From Octopus bimaculoides (Eukaryota), in assembly GCF_001194135.2 (NCBI RefSeq), contig NC_069003.1:1384135-1448134 (forward strand): a stretch of 64,000 nt of DNA. The letters run 5' to 3'. Numbering within the stretch: position 1 is the first letter of the stretch; every line of letters starts with the position of its first letter. The translations under genes were made by a program, and so were the position numbers. The notes under the pieces were generated by a model. It was not told the DNA's origin. It made no database searches and saw only the letters and a list, made by a program, of their open reading frames with translations. Shown in pieces: positions 13,728 through 27,009 of this stretch.

Positions 13728-13760
13728 GTATGTATGTATGTATGTATATATGCATGTTCG
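13400..13760. repeat. Compound (TG)n/(TA)n/(CA)n microsatellite with gap
   Basis: Visible directly. Confidence 0.95.
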
Positions 13761-14341
13761 TGTCTGCATCTTCATTTTGTTTAAATTAGTATTCACTGAG
13801 AGAAATCTCCGTACACATACACAATGAAATGCTAACGCTCACAAACATACGCTTGCGTGAAACTTGTTTGTCTGGCCATATGCATATATGCCAACAGCTA
13901 TATCCAGCCTAACCCAGCTTCTTTAAACCTAAAATAAACATAATTACATGAATTCTCGCTGTTTCAGATAACTCACATTAAAAGTGATTCGAACAATCTT
14001 CCGTTCCTACAGAAATGTTGATTCTCTTAGAATTGTTTCATTCATCCAAGGTGACGTATCATTCCTAGCTTCATAAATATGAATGAAAATAGAAGCTAAC
14101 ACGTATAAAAAATACTTTTACGTTCTGGGCCAATTGTTTATAGCTTAAACTACTAATTTACATATTCATTTAAAATTAATTTTTCACCTCAGTAAATTTT
14201 AAAATCTGTACTGCACTAAATCGTGTGAGTTAAAATATCTATGGCCTTCGAATCTAGTGTTAATAACAGCAAAATTGAATGAATAAGTCACATCTGTCCT
14301 AGATTGTTCTACTCCAATGTTGTGTATTAATACAACATATT

Positions 14342-14859
14342 TATTTCTTTATTGCCCACAAGGGGCTAAACATAGAGGTGACAAACATAGGCAGAAGAAG
14401 GGATTAAGTGAATAACATCGACCGCAGTGCTTAACCGGTACTTACTTAATCGACCCCGAGAAGGATGAAAGACAAAGTCGACCTCGGCGGAATTTGAACT
14501 CAGAACATAAAGACAGATGAAATACTGCTAAGCATTTCGCCCGGCATGTTAACGTTTCTTATTTCTTTATTGCCCACAAGGGGCTAAACATAGAGGGGAC
14601 AAACAAGGACAGACAAAGGGATTAAGCCGATTACATCGACCCAGTGCATAACAGGTACTGTATTTATCGACCCCGAAAGGATTAATGGCAAAGTCGACCT
14701 CGGCGGAATTTGAACTCAGAACGTAACGGCAGACGATATACCGCTATGTATTTCGCCCGGCGTGCTAAGGTTTCTGCCCTCTCGCCGCCTTCTCTGCCAG
14801 CTCGTCGCTTTCTCTCGCCGCCTTCTCTGCTAGCTCGTCGCTTTCTCTCGCAGCCTTAC
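14342..14859 (-). mobile_element. Two nested young SINE copies flanked by a 14-bp target-site duplication
   Basis: Copy 1 at 14342-14559 and copy 2 at 14560-14789 both contain GTCGACCTCGGCGGAATTTGAACTCAGAAC and tail TATTTCTTTATTGCCCACAAGGGGCTAAACATAGAGG. TAATACAACATATT occurs at both 14328-14341 and 14860-14873. Confidence 0.92.
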
Positions 14860-15515
14860 TAATACAACATATTGTCTGAGCGTAAACGTTTGCTATAAAC
14901 ATGTTTTGAAAATGTAAGCTAGCTGCGACGTCGCTTCACTAATATAACAAAACTGCATTGGTAGACCCGAGAATATACACAAGACACTCTTCACAAATAA
15001 CGCATTATATCAGAATATGGAAGCTAAGGTAAGTGGACGTAAAAAAATACCGCATTAAACATCGACATTTCAGTTCATTATATGGGGAAATCTTAGTCAT
15101 AGTATTCATAATTATAAATCATATATTATAATGCACCGTGTATAAATCACTAAAAATATTGGATTAGAATTAATTGATAATTTGTTTTGCATTGGAAATT
15201 TAATGGATTGTAAGGGTAAATAACAGAAAGATATTGCTACACACTCTAGTATAATTATGGTTTCATGTTGTGAATGCAATTGTTATTATAGTTCATGGAG
15301 ATTAATAGTTTAGAAAGCTATACTAATTATTACGAAGCATAATGATTGCTTATGGTTCATATGACGATTTAAGTGTAGAATGTAATAGTTTATGTTGCGA
15401 CAGGGTACATATGTCTGTATGTGTGTACGTATGTGCGGTAATATATACCTGTGTGTCTGTATATCTCTCCCTCTCTCTGTATATTTATAGTATATATATA
15501 TATATATGCGTGTGC

Positions 15516-15587
<72 letters not shown>

Positions 15588-15689
15588 GTATTATGCACAC
15601 ACGCACACATATACATATCCTGTTCACTACGACATCACCAGCGCTGCTTTGGTGATGGAGGTGTTTGATCGCCGTTTGTCAAACTCGCT

Positions 15690-15880
15690 TCTTCACCGCA
15701 TGACAACCGGTGTTTGCGCGCATACAACTCCATAACTAAAGAGTTCGGCAAACTGTCCAATAGAATAAGTACCATGCTAAAACAAGAAGAATTGGGGTCG
15801 ATTCATTTGGCGAAGAAGTCTCCTAGGAAGTGCCCCTGTATGGCCGGAGTCTAATGAATGAAACAGGTACAAAAGTAAAA
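15690..15880 (+). mobile_element. 3' module of a SINE family (TGACAACCGGTG...TTCGGCAAA...TAGAATAAGTAC)
   Basis: Aligns by eye with 16110-16200 in this window. Confidence 0.6.
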
Positions 15881-15934
15881 ACACTCATCGGGATAGTTTT
15901 AATATATTTTTTCTTTAATAATATGAATTAATTT

Positions 15935-16075
15935 CAAATTTTGACACAATGCCAGCATTCTCAGCCGAGGGTGTAAGTCAACTATCCCGACCCCAGTGTT
16001 AAACTGGTACTTATTTTATCGATCCTGAAACAAGAAAACACAAAGTCGACAGCGGTGGGATTCGAACTCAGAGTG
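15935..16075 (-). mobile_element. SINE body (AAAGTCGAC family)
   Basis: CCCCAGTG...CTGGTACTTATTTTATCGA...AAAGTCGACAGCGG...TTCGAACTCAG. Confidence 0.75.
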
Positions 16076-16109
16076 CAATTTATTCTGCCTTTTTCTACGG
16101 ATATATATA

Positions 16110-16300
16110 TACTGGTGTTGGTGTGTTTAAGTCCCCGTAGCTTAGCAACTCGGCAAAAGTAACTGGTAGAATAAGCGCTAGGTTTAAGACTTAAGTACCA
16201 GCTGAATACTAGGGTCGACCTAATCGTTTTAACCCTTCTCCTGCCGTGGCAAAATTAATCCCGATTTAGCCCCACTGGCGTTGTGGCAAAATAAAAAATC
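16110..16300 (+). mobile_element. Chimeric SINE fragment (3' module of one family joined to tail of another)
   Basis: First part matches 15700-15790; after AAGTACCAG it matches the tail type seen at 10380-10470. Confidence 0.5.
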
Positions 16301-16469
16301 CATATTATAACCATCCTTCTCCGCTGTTACCAGTAGAGTTTACATATATCTTAATAAGTCAAACCGTATCAAACGCTGCATTTACGACTAGTAATATATT
16401 TGAATGTCTTAAATCTAGATTTTCATCCCTTTGATCCACGTGTTTAAAACTCTCAAAGTGAAGTATTTA

Positions 16470-16640
16470 AACCTCTGACAGCGGGGGGATTGGAATTCAG
16501 AACGCAAAGTCGGATGAAGTATCACTATGCATCTTTCCCAGCCCGAAACCGATCCTCTTAACTCGCCATCCTAATACCTGAGCACTTTCTGAGGGGGAGA
16601 ATCACTAATTACCTCAACTCCAGACCCCAACAGGTACGGG
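16470..16640 (-). mobile_element. Decayed SINE head and tail fragments
   Basis: GAATTCAGAACGCAAAG...CTCGCCATCC matches the family head. Confidence 0.55.
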
Positions 16641-17459
16641 TTTCAACAACGGCATATTGTTAATATTATATTGACGTCCAAAAAATATTTTTCTCAAATA
16701 ATATTATAGAAATTAACCAATTTTGGTGCCTAAGGAATATTGAAGGTAAATCCCTTCACATATAATATTCTTTGCAAAATACATTGGAAATACTCGGAAA
16801 ACATATATAAATTAAATTTCACTAAAGCGTCTGATTTTATTTCATTCTAATTTATGTTAATTGTCATAGAATTAAAAATCACCTCAGGTGTTCATATTCC
16901 ATCATTCAAGTTCATATATTCCAAGAACAATTAAGTCTTTGCCAATATTTTCTTATAATTTCAACAATTTAGTGTAAATTAAATTAATTTATATTCACAG
17001 CTAATATTAAATTATGCGTATGTATATATGTACGAAAGTACATATGAACATATGTATGTATATATATATGTAAGTATGTATGTACGTATATATATTTATA
17101 TATATATATATATGTATGTATAAATATATATACATATATTCATATATATATATATATATATATATAGACATAAATACATGCATACACGCTCACACACACA
17201 TACACACGTATGTTCATATATATGTGTATATACAGACATTCATATGCTGTATAAATATAAAACGCAAAGTGCGTGTGTATGTGTAGTATGTATGTATATT
17301 TGTGAGCATAAATGTGCATGTGCGCGTGGTCATACATATTGTGTTCGAAATAAATATGACAGTGCATAAAAGGAAACGAATGTACAATATGATATCTAAA
17401 AATAAATGCATTTTAAAAGAATCAAAACATCAAATAGATTATTGCTGGGAGATAACAGT

Positions 17460-17908
17460 TTGCTCTACGTAGCTGCAATTGTGTTCCACGACAACCTGAA
17501 GACGGCTCAGGAACCTAGCGCATGCATTCTTTAGCATCTCCACGGCGGTCTACGAATAATTTTTGGTCTTGGCCATCAAATCGGTGATGTCGTTAGAGCG
17601 GCTGGTGTCTTTCTCAAACGCACCCCACGTGTAGTAATGTATAGGGTTACAATCGGGTTAATTAAGGTGCCTGGATTGGAGCTGTTAAATTCTTAGAAAT
17701 TTTGCGACAATCACTTCTAACAATTGCCATACGATGGTATGGCAAGTAGTCGAATCCTGTTGATACACATGTGACCTTTCAATAATAATAATGTCCGGCA
17801 AGGATTTGATCGGACCCCAGCACCTTCACAATCCGTATGTCCCTGTGGATTCTGTGAAACTGGTCCCGGCAAAAATTAGTTTCATTTGAGAAGAAACAGA
17901 TCATCCCT
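17460..17908 (-). mobile_element. Tc1/mariner transposase relic, DD37D (maT)-like, internally deleted
   Basis: Minus-strand peptides in catalytic order: GMICFFSNETNFC (cf. WFFSDEKNF), RSHVYQQDSTTCHT (cf. RPYVWQQDSAPCHT), PDCNPIHYYTWGAFE (cf. PDCNPLDYYVWG), NACARFLSRLQVVVE. Frameshifts and stops present. Confidence 0.85.
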
Positions 17909-18404
17909 GACTAATGTATGTATGTATGGGTGGATGGATGGATGGATGGATGGATGGATGGATATATGTAAGCACACACATGTGTATGTACATATATACT
18001 CCGTTGCCCTATCTGACAACTAAAACAAAAACAATGTGAATTGAGTAGTACTGTAGTAGCATCTGATTATGGTTTTGAGATTTTTAGTGCAAGCTTATTT
18101 TTACCTTCTGGCAACACGCGTTGAATATATATACAATAATAGCTCGTTAAATGCTTTAACACACAACAGGTGTAGGAGAAGATACGTGTGGCCCTGTACA
18201 TCATTTTCTTTCAAATGCCTGCCTAAAAATTCATTACATCATCGTTGCGGTAGTAATAGAAGTATATCACTATTTTAATTTCAAGCCAGACCATAACATC
18301 AAGCTCGGAACTTGTCATAAAATGCCCGAGTTTTATTCCTATTTTCCAACGTCTTGAGTTGAGAAACATATTTACATGTAAGATATCTGGGTTTTCTTTT
18401 TTTT

Positions 18405-18615
18405 AATGTCAGAGGTGTACTTGCATAGCAAGTGACCTGATCTGAGATTATGTGCTGGAACTAAAGCAATTGCAGAGTGGAAGGTGTTTAGAATCTATTT
18501 AAGAAAAAAACCGCTAGATTCACTTCAACATTTAAATTAATTTTGCGACGAAAATTTAATAAGCGACGAAATTTTTTCGTCGCTTTCAGACCGTGACCTG
18601 TTCACTGATAATATA
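18405..18615. mobile_element. Dispersed short repeat ending at (TA)n, with an internal palindrome
   Basis: Recognised from memory as an octopus repeat (GTGTACTTGCATAGCAAGTGACCTGATCTGAG...); single copy here; abuts (TA)n. Confidence 0.45.
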
Positions 18616-19119
18616 TATATATATATGGATTGTAGCCAGTGTGTTGCACCCACGATTGCCAGATCGTATGTTTAATTCCTGACCTTGTTAGAGAGAATGA
18701 GAAAGTGTGTGGCACCACGATCATTTGCTCACTATCATTTGTGCACGTCGCTCGGCAAATGTTGAACGCTCATATCTCTTCCTGGACTGGAGAATTCATC
18801 TCAACCCCCCCCCCCCCATACACACACAGAGTTAGATAGATAGATTTTTGTTTGACTAAGTGTATATATACGTGGATATAGTTGAAAATCTAGCCCATTG
18901 AGCTCATGAATACGATGAGATAATGTATGATTCGGAAAAATAAAGAAAGAATAAAAGGCCAACAAAAGAGAATTCCTTTCGCATCTATAGATAATAGATA
19001 AAATTCTTGATATTTATCATAATGCACAGGCCACAAAATCCTTAAAAAGTCACACGCACATACGGCCACATACATACACACACATATCCACACATACATA
19101 TACATACAAATATACATAC

Positions 19120-19159
<40 letters not shown>

Positions 19160-19341
19160 ACAACTGCCCTTAATATGCAAATATGCGATGCCATTCTCTT
19201 TAACTGGCAGATACCAGTAAATAAGAAATTTCCATAGCTGCTGGAAGCATGCCTATCACTCCGTCTTTCTTTCTGTAACTCTGATCACATTTGATTACGT
19301 TCATAAAAACATACACACAAGCATACATACATACACACACA

Positions 19342-19391
<50 letters not shown>

Positions 19392-19819
19392 ATTATATAT
19401 ACACACACATATATATGTGCATGTCTATGCAACATCTATGTATGTTGCATATATAGATTTTAAATGTGTGTGTTTGTGGGTATGTGTGTGCGTTTGGCCT
19501 TCTGCGTATAACATTACTATAATCTGTGTTTGAAAAGAATTTTAGCATAATGGAGCATCTTCAAAAAAGGGATTCAAAGTATGATATACTCTTCAAATAA
19601 AATTTAATATTCTATCGCTCGTGAGCAATTTTTTTTTCTAAAATGTTTGTAAATATACAGAGCAGGTAGCTCTTTCATATACATCCCTATATAAATCGTA
19701 ATCTCTCCATCGAAGCACATTTACGACCTAATCTCTGTATGATCTCTTGCGCATTAGCTTACTCTCAGGTATATTCTTTCGTGCGCCTTCATTCGATCAT
19801 TCATTCCGCCACAATTTCT

Positions 19820-19867
19820 CCACTTGCACGCACACACTCAGGCACACACACACACACGCAGGCACAG

Positions 19868-19902
<35 letters not shown>

Positions 19903-20144
19903 TACGCACAGTGTAACGAAGACAAACTCACATATTCATAATTGTATATGTATGTTGTTACATGTATAAAATATGTATGACGGTTCATATATGTATACAA
20001 GTATGCATATACATTTTAACTCAAATCATACATATCAATATATGAATAAAGAAACGCGCATAATTATACGTACACACACATCACATACACACACTGATAC
20101 ATAGTGTGTGAGCATGGATATATTTATATGTGTATGTATTTACT

Positions 20145-20198
<54 letters not shown>

Positions 20199-20538
20199 CC
20201 CACACACAAACATGCATATAGAGAGCTAACTACATAGAGAGATAGCTAGTAGATAGAGTGAACGTAGGACCTTCCAGAACGCCATATTTAGGGGTTAACT
20301 ACAATTCATACAGGCAAGAATATTTCCCTTCTTTTTTAGCCACCTCATTATAATCAGACAAACACACTCTTAAGCACATACACACACACACAGACACACA
20401 GGCACACAGAACCCCCCCACACACACACACACACAAGAAGAAGCATATTTAACTCATGCAACACAAGGTAAAATAACGTCGTTGTACGCATGTGTCCACA
20501 TATATACATATTTATATGCATGTACGTACACACACACA

Positions 20539-20577
<39 letters not shown>

Positions 20578-21096
20578 CATGGAATTACTACAAGCGTACA
20601 CCGAGTTTGCTCACACACGCACACACACATGTGTATATACATATTACACACAAACAAACACACATATATACACGTTACACTCACACACATTACACACACG
20701 CACATAACCGTGCACACGTATATATCTTTTCATCTCAAATTTTATATTTACATTTCGCTTAGCCCATTAATACATGCAGATCCGAATACTCCCAAAGGAT
20801 TACTGTACACACATGCGTTTTTCTTATATAATATTTACACCAGGATAGTTTCGTACGTGTACATATATGTGTGCGTGTTTCGGTGAGTGTGTGTCTGTGT
20901 GTATTGTGTGTGTTTGTGAGCGTGTGATTATACGTGTGTACGAATCCGTTTACAGCGCGGTTGTAAAGTGTGTGTGCGTTCAACTGATCGATATGAGAGT
21001 CTTTTATAACATGTATATTTTTCAGTGTTTGTTATGTAATTATATGATTACACCTCAGAAGCCTAGAATGTACATCGCATGTGTGTGTGGGCTTAT

Positions 21097-21151
<55 letters not shown>

Positions 21152-21180
21152 CGTGTGTGTATATGTTTTTGTAATCTCTT
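19820..21180. repeat. Extended compound CA/TA/TG microsatellite field
   Basis: Visible directly. Confidence 0.9.
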
Positions 21181-21311
21181 TGAACTCTTTAAATATCCAA
21201 ACACTATTCATATTGCTAAAATTACGTCAGGATTTACTCAAGCAAAAGAGATAACTACAAATTAATAGAAAAGTTAAGAGGAAGTAATAACCATTTATAT
21301 AGAATGTATAG

Positions 21312-21342
<31 letters not shown>

Positions 21343-21433
21343 TTTACATATGAAGTTATATATATTGATATGTATGTATATGCATCTAAATTTTAAATAC
21401 ACATGTGGATATCTAGACGTGCTCTCTCTCTCT

Positions 21434-21477
<44 letters not shown>

Positions 21478-21518
21478 NNNNNNNNNNNNNNNNNNNNNNN
21501 NNNNNNNNNNNNNNNNNN

Positions 21519-21563
<45 letters not shown>

Positions 21564-22433
21564 AACGAGAAAGATAGAGTGAGAGGTGGATGGATAGAAA
21601 GATAGATAAATAGATAAGGATAGTGAAACTTGTACAGAAGTAATATGTTCATCGGAATTGACGATAGAGTCATTGAGAGAATACATTCTGTCGTTCTCTC
21701 TTCTAGTGAGGGCCACGATTAGAATGCACGCCTTATTTCCTTCCGATATCTCTAATATAAATTTCCTGTCAAATACTGCTTTCAATGATATTATGTGCCT
21801 ATGAAACCTCCTAGATATGCATGTATTTGTCATCATTCTTTCAAGGCATTTATGAGAAGGTTTTATTACAGCAGTCCTGAATCGTTATTCAGTTCTTTAT
21901 CTGAATACAGATGCAACCGATTGAGCGAATCAGGGCTCAGATTCTGAACTACAAGATCAACAGCTGTGTTAATGGAACGCCATGTAAAATATGTTTATTT
22001 ATCTGTATACTGTGCGTTGAAAGCTTCTGGTATCTTAATTTATCATCTTATATCTAACATACAGTTCATTGTTCATATTATTAGCAATAGATATAAACGT
22101 CCTGAGCTTGCATATTTGTTATTCCCATTAGACAAATAGCTTGCGGTATTTTTCACGGTTTATTCGATACTGAGTTTCGAATACCACCGGGATAAATCTA
22201 CTTTTCATACCTCCAGGTACGGAGGAACAGTATAACATTTAGGCATTTTATTCGATGAATTCCACCAAAGTCTTCAGTATGTATCCAGTGAACTTGATGT
22301 GTGAGGTAAGATGTGAAAAACAAACAAAAAAACTAAATGAATTTTACCTTTCTTTTCCTTAGGCATTTTTAGAATTATATGTATGACATTTTGTGATTAA
22401 TAAGAACAACATTAAAATTTCATTGCTACGAAT

Positions 22434-22523
22434 CTGTTACTCAGTCACACGTTCTCGTTCGTCGGACAGTTTTTGTTGAGAAAAACTGTCAGACAAACGG
22501 GAACGTGAAACTCAGAGTAACAG
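22434..22523. other. Long imperfect inverted repeat (hairpin with arms of about 42 bp and a 6-nt loop)
   Basis: Left arm CTGTTACTC-AGTCACACGTTCTCGTTCGTCGGACAGTTTTT; reverse complement of right arm CTGTTACTCTGAGTTTCACGTTCCCGTTTGTCTGACAGTTTTT. Confidence 0.9.
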
Positions 22524-22625
22524 TTACTGAGATGTGCTTGCAGCTTTATTAATAAAGCACACTACTTTACCTCCGGTATTCGAGTACTATTTTTTCCCAG
22601 CTTGTTTCACATTTATGTGCTTATT

Positions 22626-22685
<60 letters not shown>

Positions 22686-22935
22686 ATTCACATAAACTTC
22701 AGATTTAATTAAGTACAACTGATCTAACATTCTTTAAATTATGGAGAAAATAACATTTTGTCTTTTCTTTTATGAGCCTCGTGTATCAGTTGTTTCCACT
22801 CTCCGACAGAATACAGACTTCCTATATAAGAAACGTTTATGTACGAATTAAAATATTTCGACTGAACAGATCTGGAGTAAATTGCATTATGAATAAACAC
22901 CTGAGCATATATAACAAAATTACCGTTGAAGGCAA

Positions 22936-23430
22936 TTACGCGACTCGAAGTGAATATCCAGTATGGAAAACGTCATCAACTGGCCTAAAGCACCATCGCG
23001 TATGAAATACGATCAACTCAATTGACATTAAGCAGCAGGGTATCAGTGTCAGCTTGGTTCCTCGAAATGCTACAGAATAACTGCTAAATCGTACCTTATC
23101 CCCTTGAAAACAATAGCAAAAGAAGATCACACTGGATTGTCTGAGATACGTGATACGTGCTAAATTCAGGTTAAGCAAGAATTGAATATTTTTGTACCCG
23201 TTTCTGACTGTATGCCGTATTAATGTTGTTTAATAATAATGTAATTCGATAGCAAGATAATTTGAAATCCCAACCCAACGTTCTCTACTTGCTATAAAAA
23301 TACTCTTTGATATGTTCACGCAGGAAAGCATTGCTTCGTTAGTATTTGAGATTTGCTTTCATCGATTCGGACACTTACTCAATTATTAAACCAGTTCCGT
23401 TACAAATTTATCAGCAGTTTTCTATGTTCA
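22936..23430 (-). mobile_element. Merlin (IS1016-like) DDE transposase relic
   Basis: VRIDESK at 23352-23372 (cf. VEIDESKFGK), then in the same frame RVFL*QVEN (cf. KCFLV.VENR) and ETGTKIFNSC (cf. PGT.I.SDCW); downstream FRGT...DDVFHT. Multiple stops. Confidence 0.5.
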
Positions 23431-24914
23431 AGATCCACCTTTTGCTAAGTAGATAGATATAGAAATAGCTATACTATGTTTTAAACTAAGCCTTATTATT
23501 CAAAGATCCAGATTGTTAATTAATAGGTAATTAATGTTAATTTAGTTAAAATTATTCTTTTTCTCACATTGTAAACTTTGTGTCTGTGAAACTTTCAGCG
23601 CTTATCTTCTCTCTCGTTTCATTCAATTCTTATAAAGAGTTGATTCGTGTGTAATAAATTGCTCGGCAGTCTTCTGTCGAATAGTTTCCTTGTTAGAACT
23701 GACTTCATATTTTGATCAAAAATCTTAGACAGATCGATTTTTTGGACCAGTGTGAATCTGACATTTAAAACACATTCAATTTGAAAAGTACTTAATAAAA
23801 AGTAAAGTATAGTATAAATGTAGATGTTAAATTACTATAAGGTATATATTATCTTCGCAGAAGTGAAATGAAAATAAACAGAAGTGAAAATGTAAAACAG
23901 AAACGGAAATTACGTGGTGATGGTGTGACATTTCTAAACAAAATGCGTTCAATAAAAATAAATTCGACTCGAACCAAAAAGGGGGTAAAGTAACACCGCG
24001 CAGTGTGTTCGATGAAGAACTTTATACATACATACATACATACATACATACATACATACGTGTATGTGTGTGTGTGTGTGTCTGTGTCTGTGTGTGAGTG
24101 TGTTACGTATATATATATATGTAGTGTGTATGATTGCGTGCGTGTACGTGTGTGTGTGTTTGTGTGTGTATACATATACACACACAGGCACACATGCAAA
24201 CAAATACACGCACACACACATGTACACTTTTGTAGTGATCTGCTGAATGTCACAGGGGAAAAAATACGTCATTATTTAAAACTTCTTAATTGGAGATAGA
24301 AAATATATGCTAGGTCAGAATTGTTGGCGGCTCAAAAAGAAAACAAAAGTCGTTAATTTATACCAAGAAATAACAGTGTTAATTTAAATATAGTTAATAT
24401 TGTAAACGAGAAAGCTTTCTTTATACGCAAGTGGCATATATGAAGATAAGTCTTGATATTTAGACATGACGATCACACAACTTTAAAACTGCGGTACCAG
24501 GAACTAGTGATATTAGAAAAATTCAATTTAAATATTCTTCTAATAATAGTTCACAATTTTGTGAAAATACGCCAAGAATATTTAGTAACTCCGCGTGTTT
24601 GTCCATGTTTTCCATTTTCTTATTCCTTCATTCAAATTTTGAGTCAACGTTTTTACATTTAATTATTCTTTGGCGTCATGAACGGTGCTAATCTGATTGT
24701 AGCATGAACCCATTACTTGAAAGGCCGAGGCCATACATAGCTACATAAACAATTACTAAGCTAATATGCGTAAGTCTAAAAACATAAGAGATCCGAAGGC
24801 TAAGTGTTCCATTTCCGGCAGAAGGAGCGAACAAGGAACAGTTCGAGCTTCTTCTTCTTGCAAAACGGATTACCAATTAGCACAAACATGATAAAATAGC
24901 AAAGAACGTGGAGT

Positions 24915-24969
24915 TGTGTATACACACGCATATATATATATATATGCGTGTGTGTGTGTNNNNNNNNNN

Positions 24970-25022
<53 letters not shown>

Positions 25023-25080
25023 AGTGTATGTGTATAAATTCCTTTCTTTACATAATATAGATCTCGTTCTTTTGTTGTCA

Positions 25081-25138
<58 letters not shown>

Positions 25139-25161
25139 GATATATATACATGCGTGTGTGC

Positions 25162-25205
<44 letters not shown>
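24915..25205. repeat. (TG)n, (ATT)n and (TA)n microsatellites with gap
   Basis: Visible directly. Confidence 0.95.
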
Positions 25206-25207
<2 letters not shown>

Positions 25208-26129
25208 GCTTGAACATTTCCGATGTGATTTTGTATTTGTAATGAGATAACTAAATGCAAATAGAATAGGAAACGATATGAAAGAATGAAATAATATCGT
25301 AACTGTTAAAAATATCTCATCGGTGAGATTTATACACTGCGTTCATTAGAGGTGTGTGTGATAAAGTGCCTGGAGAGCTGTGCGAAATATAATTCCATTA
25401 AATAGGATTATTTAAATGATTTATAAGATGATGTTTCACATAGATTTGAGTTAAATACACAATTTTGAAAGAGAGAATAAAGGGGGAAAACAAAATATAT
25501 GGCATAATATATTGAAAAATATGAAAGTCTGTAGCGAAACTCTAGAAACCCAACAAATTAATGAATAGGAATTCAAACCCAGAATATTTATGGACACGGA
25601 ATTTTCATGTATTTATTAAATTCACTTCACAAAGACCTTCATATTTCGCCCAGACGCATTGCGGTATTTCTTTTTTTTTTTTTTAATGCGTTTAAATCTA
25701 GTCCCCTGTCAGCATGTGCGTGTAAGTTTTGCGCTCTTCCTACAGCATTAAGTGTATTTTAACTCTTATTTCTAGTAACGTCGGTGCTTTGGCATCCTTC
25801 CTTACAGTTAATGACGATTGAAGTTTTCCCTTATGATATCCCGATGCNNNNNNNNNNATATATATATATATATATAAATATAGGTGGAAATATATGAAGA
25901 ACTGTTACCACTATAAATGTTACTGTTTTGTCTTCTTATGATTTCTTCAATGATTGTCTCTGAACTTGTTATCCCGTGACGAAAGTTATTTCAAACCATT
26001 ACCAAGCTGTCTATTTAAAGATAATTAATACTACATAATATTATATGCAATTTTCTTCCTTTAAACGATATTTCTAGCACAGCGCACTACATATTGGATT
26101 GAATATAATTTACAAAATTACACATTAGT

Positions 26130-26790
26130 TTTCTTGATGTTAGATGACTCCTTTCGCCATGGGGAGATCTAAGAATATCTACAACCTTCATTCTAAAGAA
26201 AGGGAATCAAAAGTGCACCTGAAATCGAACTAGCACCAGGTATGCAAAACGAAAAACGTGGCCGCTCCAGGAAGAACTGTAAAAGATATTGTAGTTCTCC
26301 GTACTATTAGCATCATCAAGAAAAGAGAATTGTCAGATTGGAATATATGGTTCATAGATTCCATTCATCATAATTACTTTCTATGTAAACATATTCAAAA
26401 TGGCCTCAGAACCGTCAGACGAAACGCTAGAAATAGAAGTAAAGATATTCACGTTTCCCTTTTAGTTTTCCTTAAATAGCGAGAAATGCTATCTTCAGAT
26501 TTACAAAAGGAATAAAAGTAACAAATACTGGATCGTGTGTAGCTAGAACAAATTTGATCCTAGTTTGATGGATAAAGATCGCTCTGGGAATGAACAACAA
26601 CGTGGTTATATATGACGTAAGCACTATGACAGGAAGTCAAAGCGGCTGAACACGTTTCAAAGAGAGGTAAACGTTAATATCGATATCAATAGAAGACGAC
26701 GACAATTTAAAATCCATTGAGTTTTTCTGGAAATGATTCGAGATAAGAAAGGTTTCAATTAATTATAATTGGCCAAAAAAATGTAATTTC
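26130..26790 (+). mobile_element. Decayed L1/Tx1-like reverse transcriptase fragment
   Basis: ISTTFILKKGNQK (cf. LIPKKG), APGRTVKDIVVLRTI...FIDSIHHNYF (cf. VPGRSI.DN..LLRD...AFDRV.H.YL), later FE...INY. Similarity by eye. Confidence 0.55.
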
Positions 26791-26965
26791 TGTGCGTTAA
26801 GTGTATGTATGATTGTTGGCAGACACTTTTATAAAATAATCGAACATTTTTTGGTCTTCTCAGATTTCTTAATGTTACGTGCCAATTTTACGAATTCATA
26901 ATAGAACACACGCACAGATACACACACACATACACAAATACACTCATGCACAAATGCACACATAC

Positions 26966-27009
<44 letters not shown>

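Noticed and set aside
24688-24876. ORF resembling GPCR TM1 (IVYVAMYGLGLSSNGFML)
   Set aside because: Stop follows almost immediately, no convincing donor, and no further transmembrane segments nearby.
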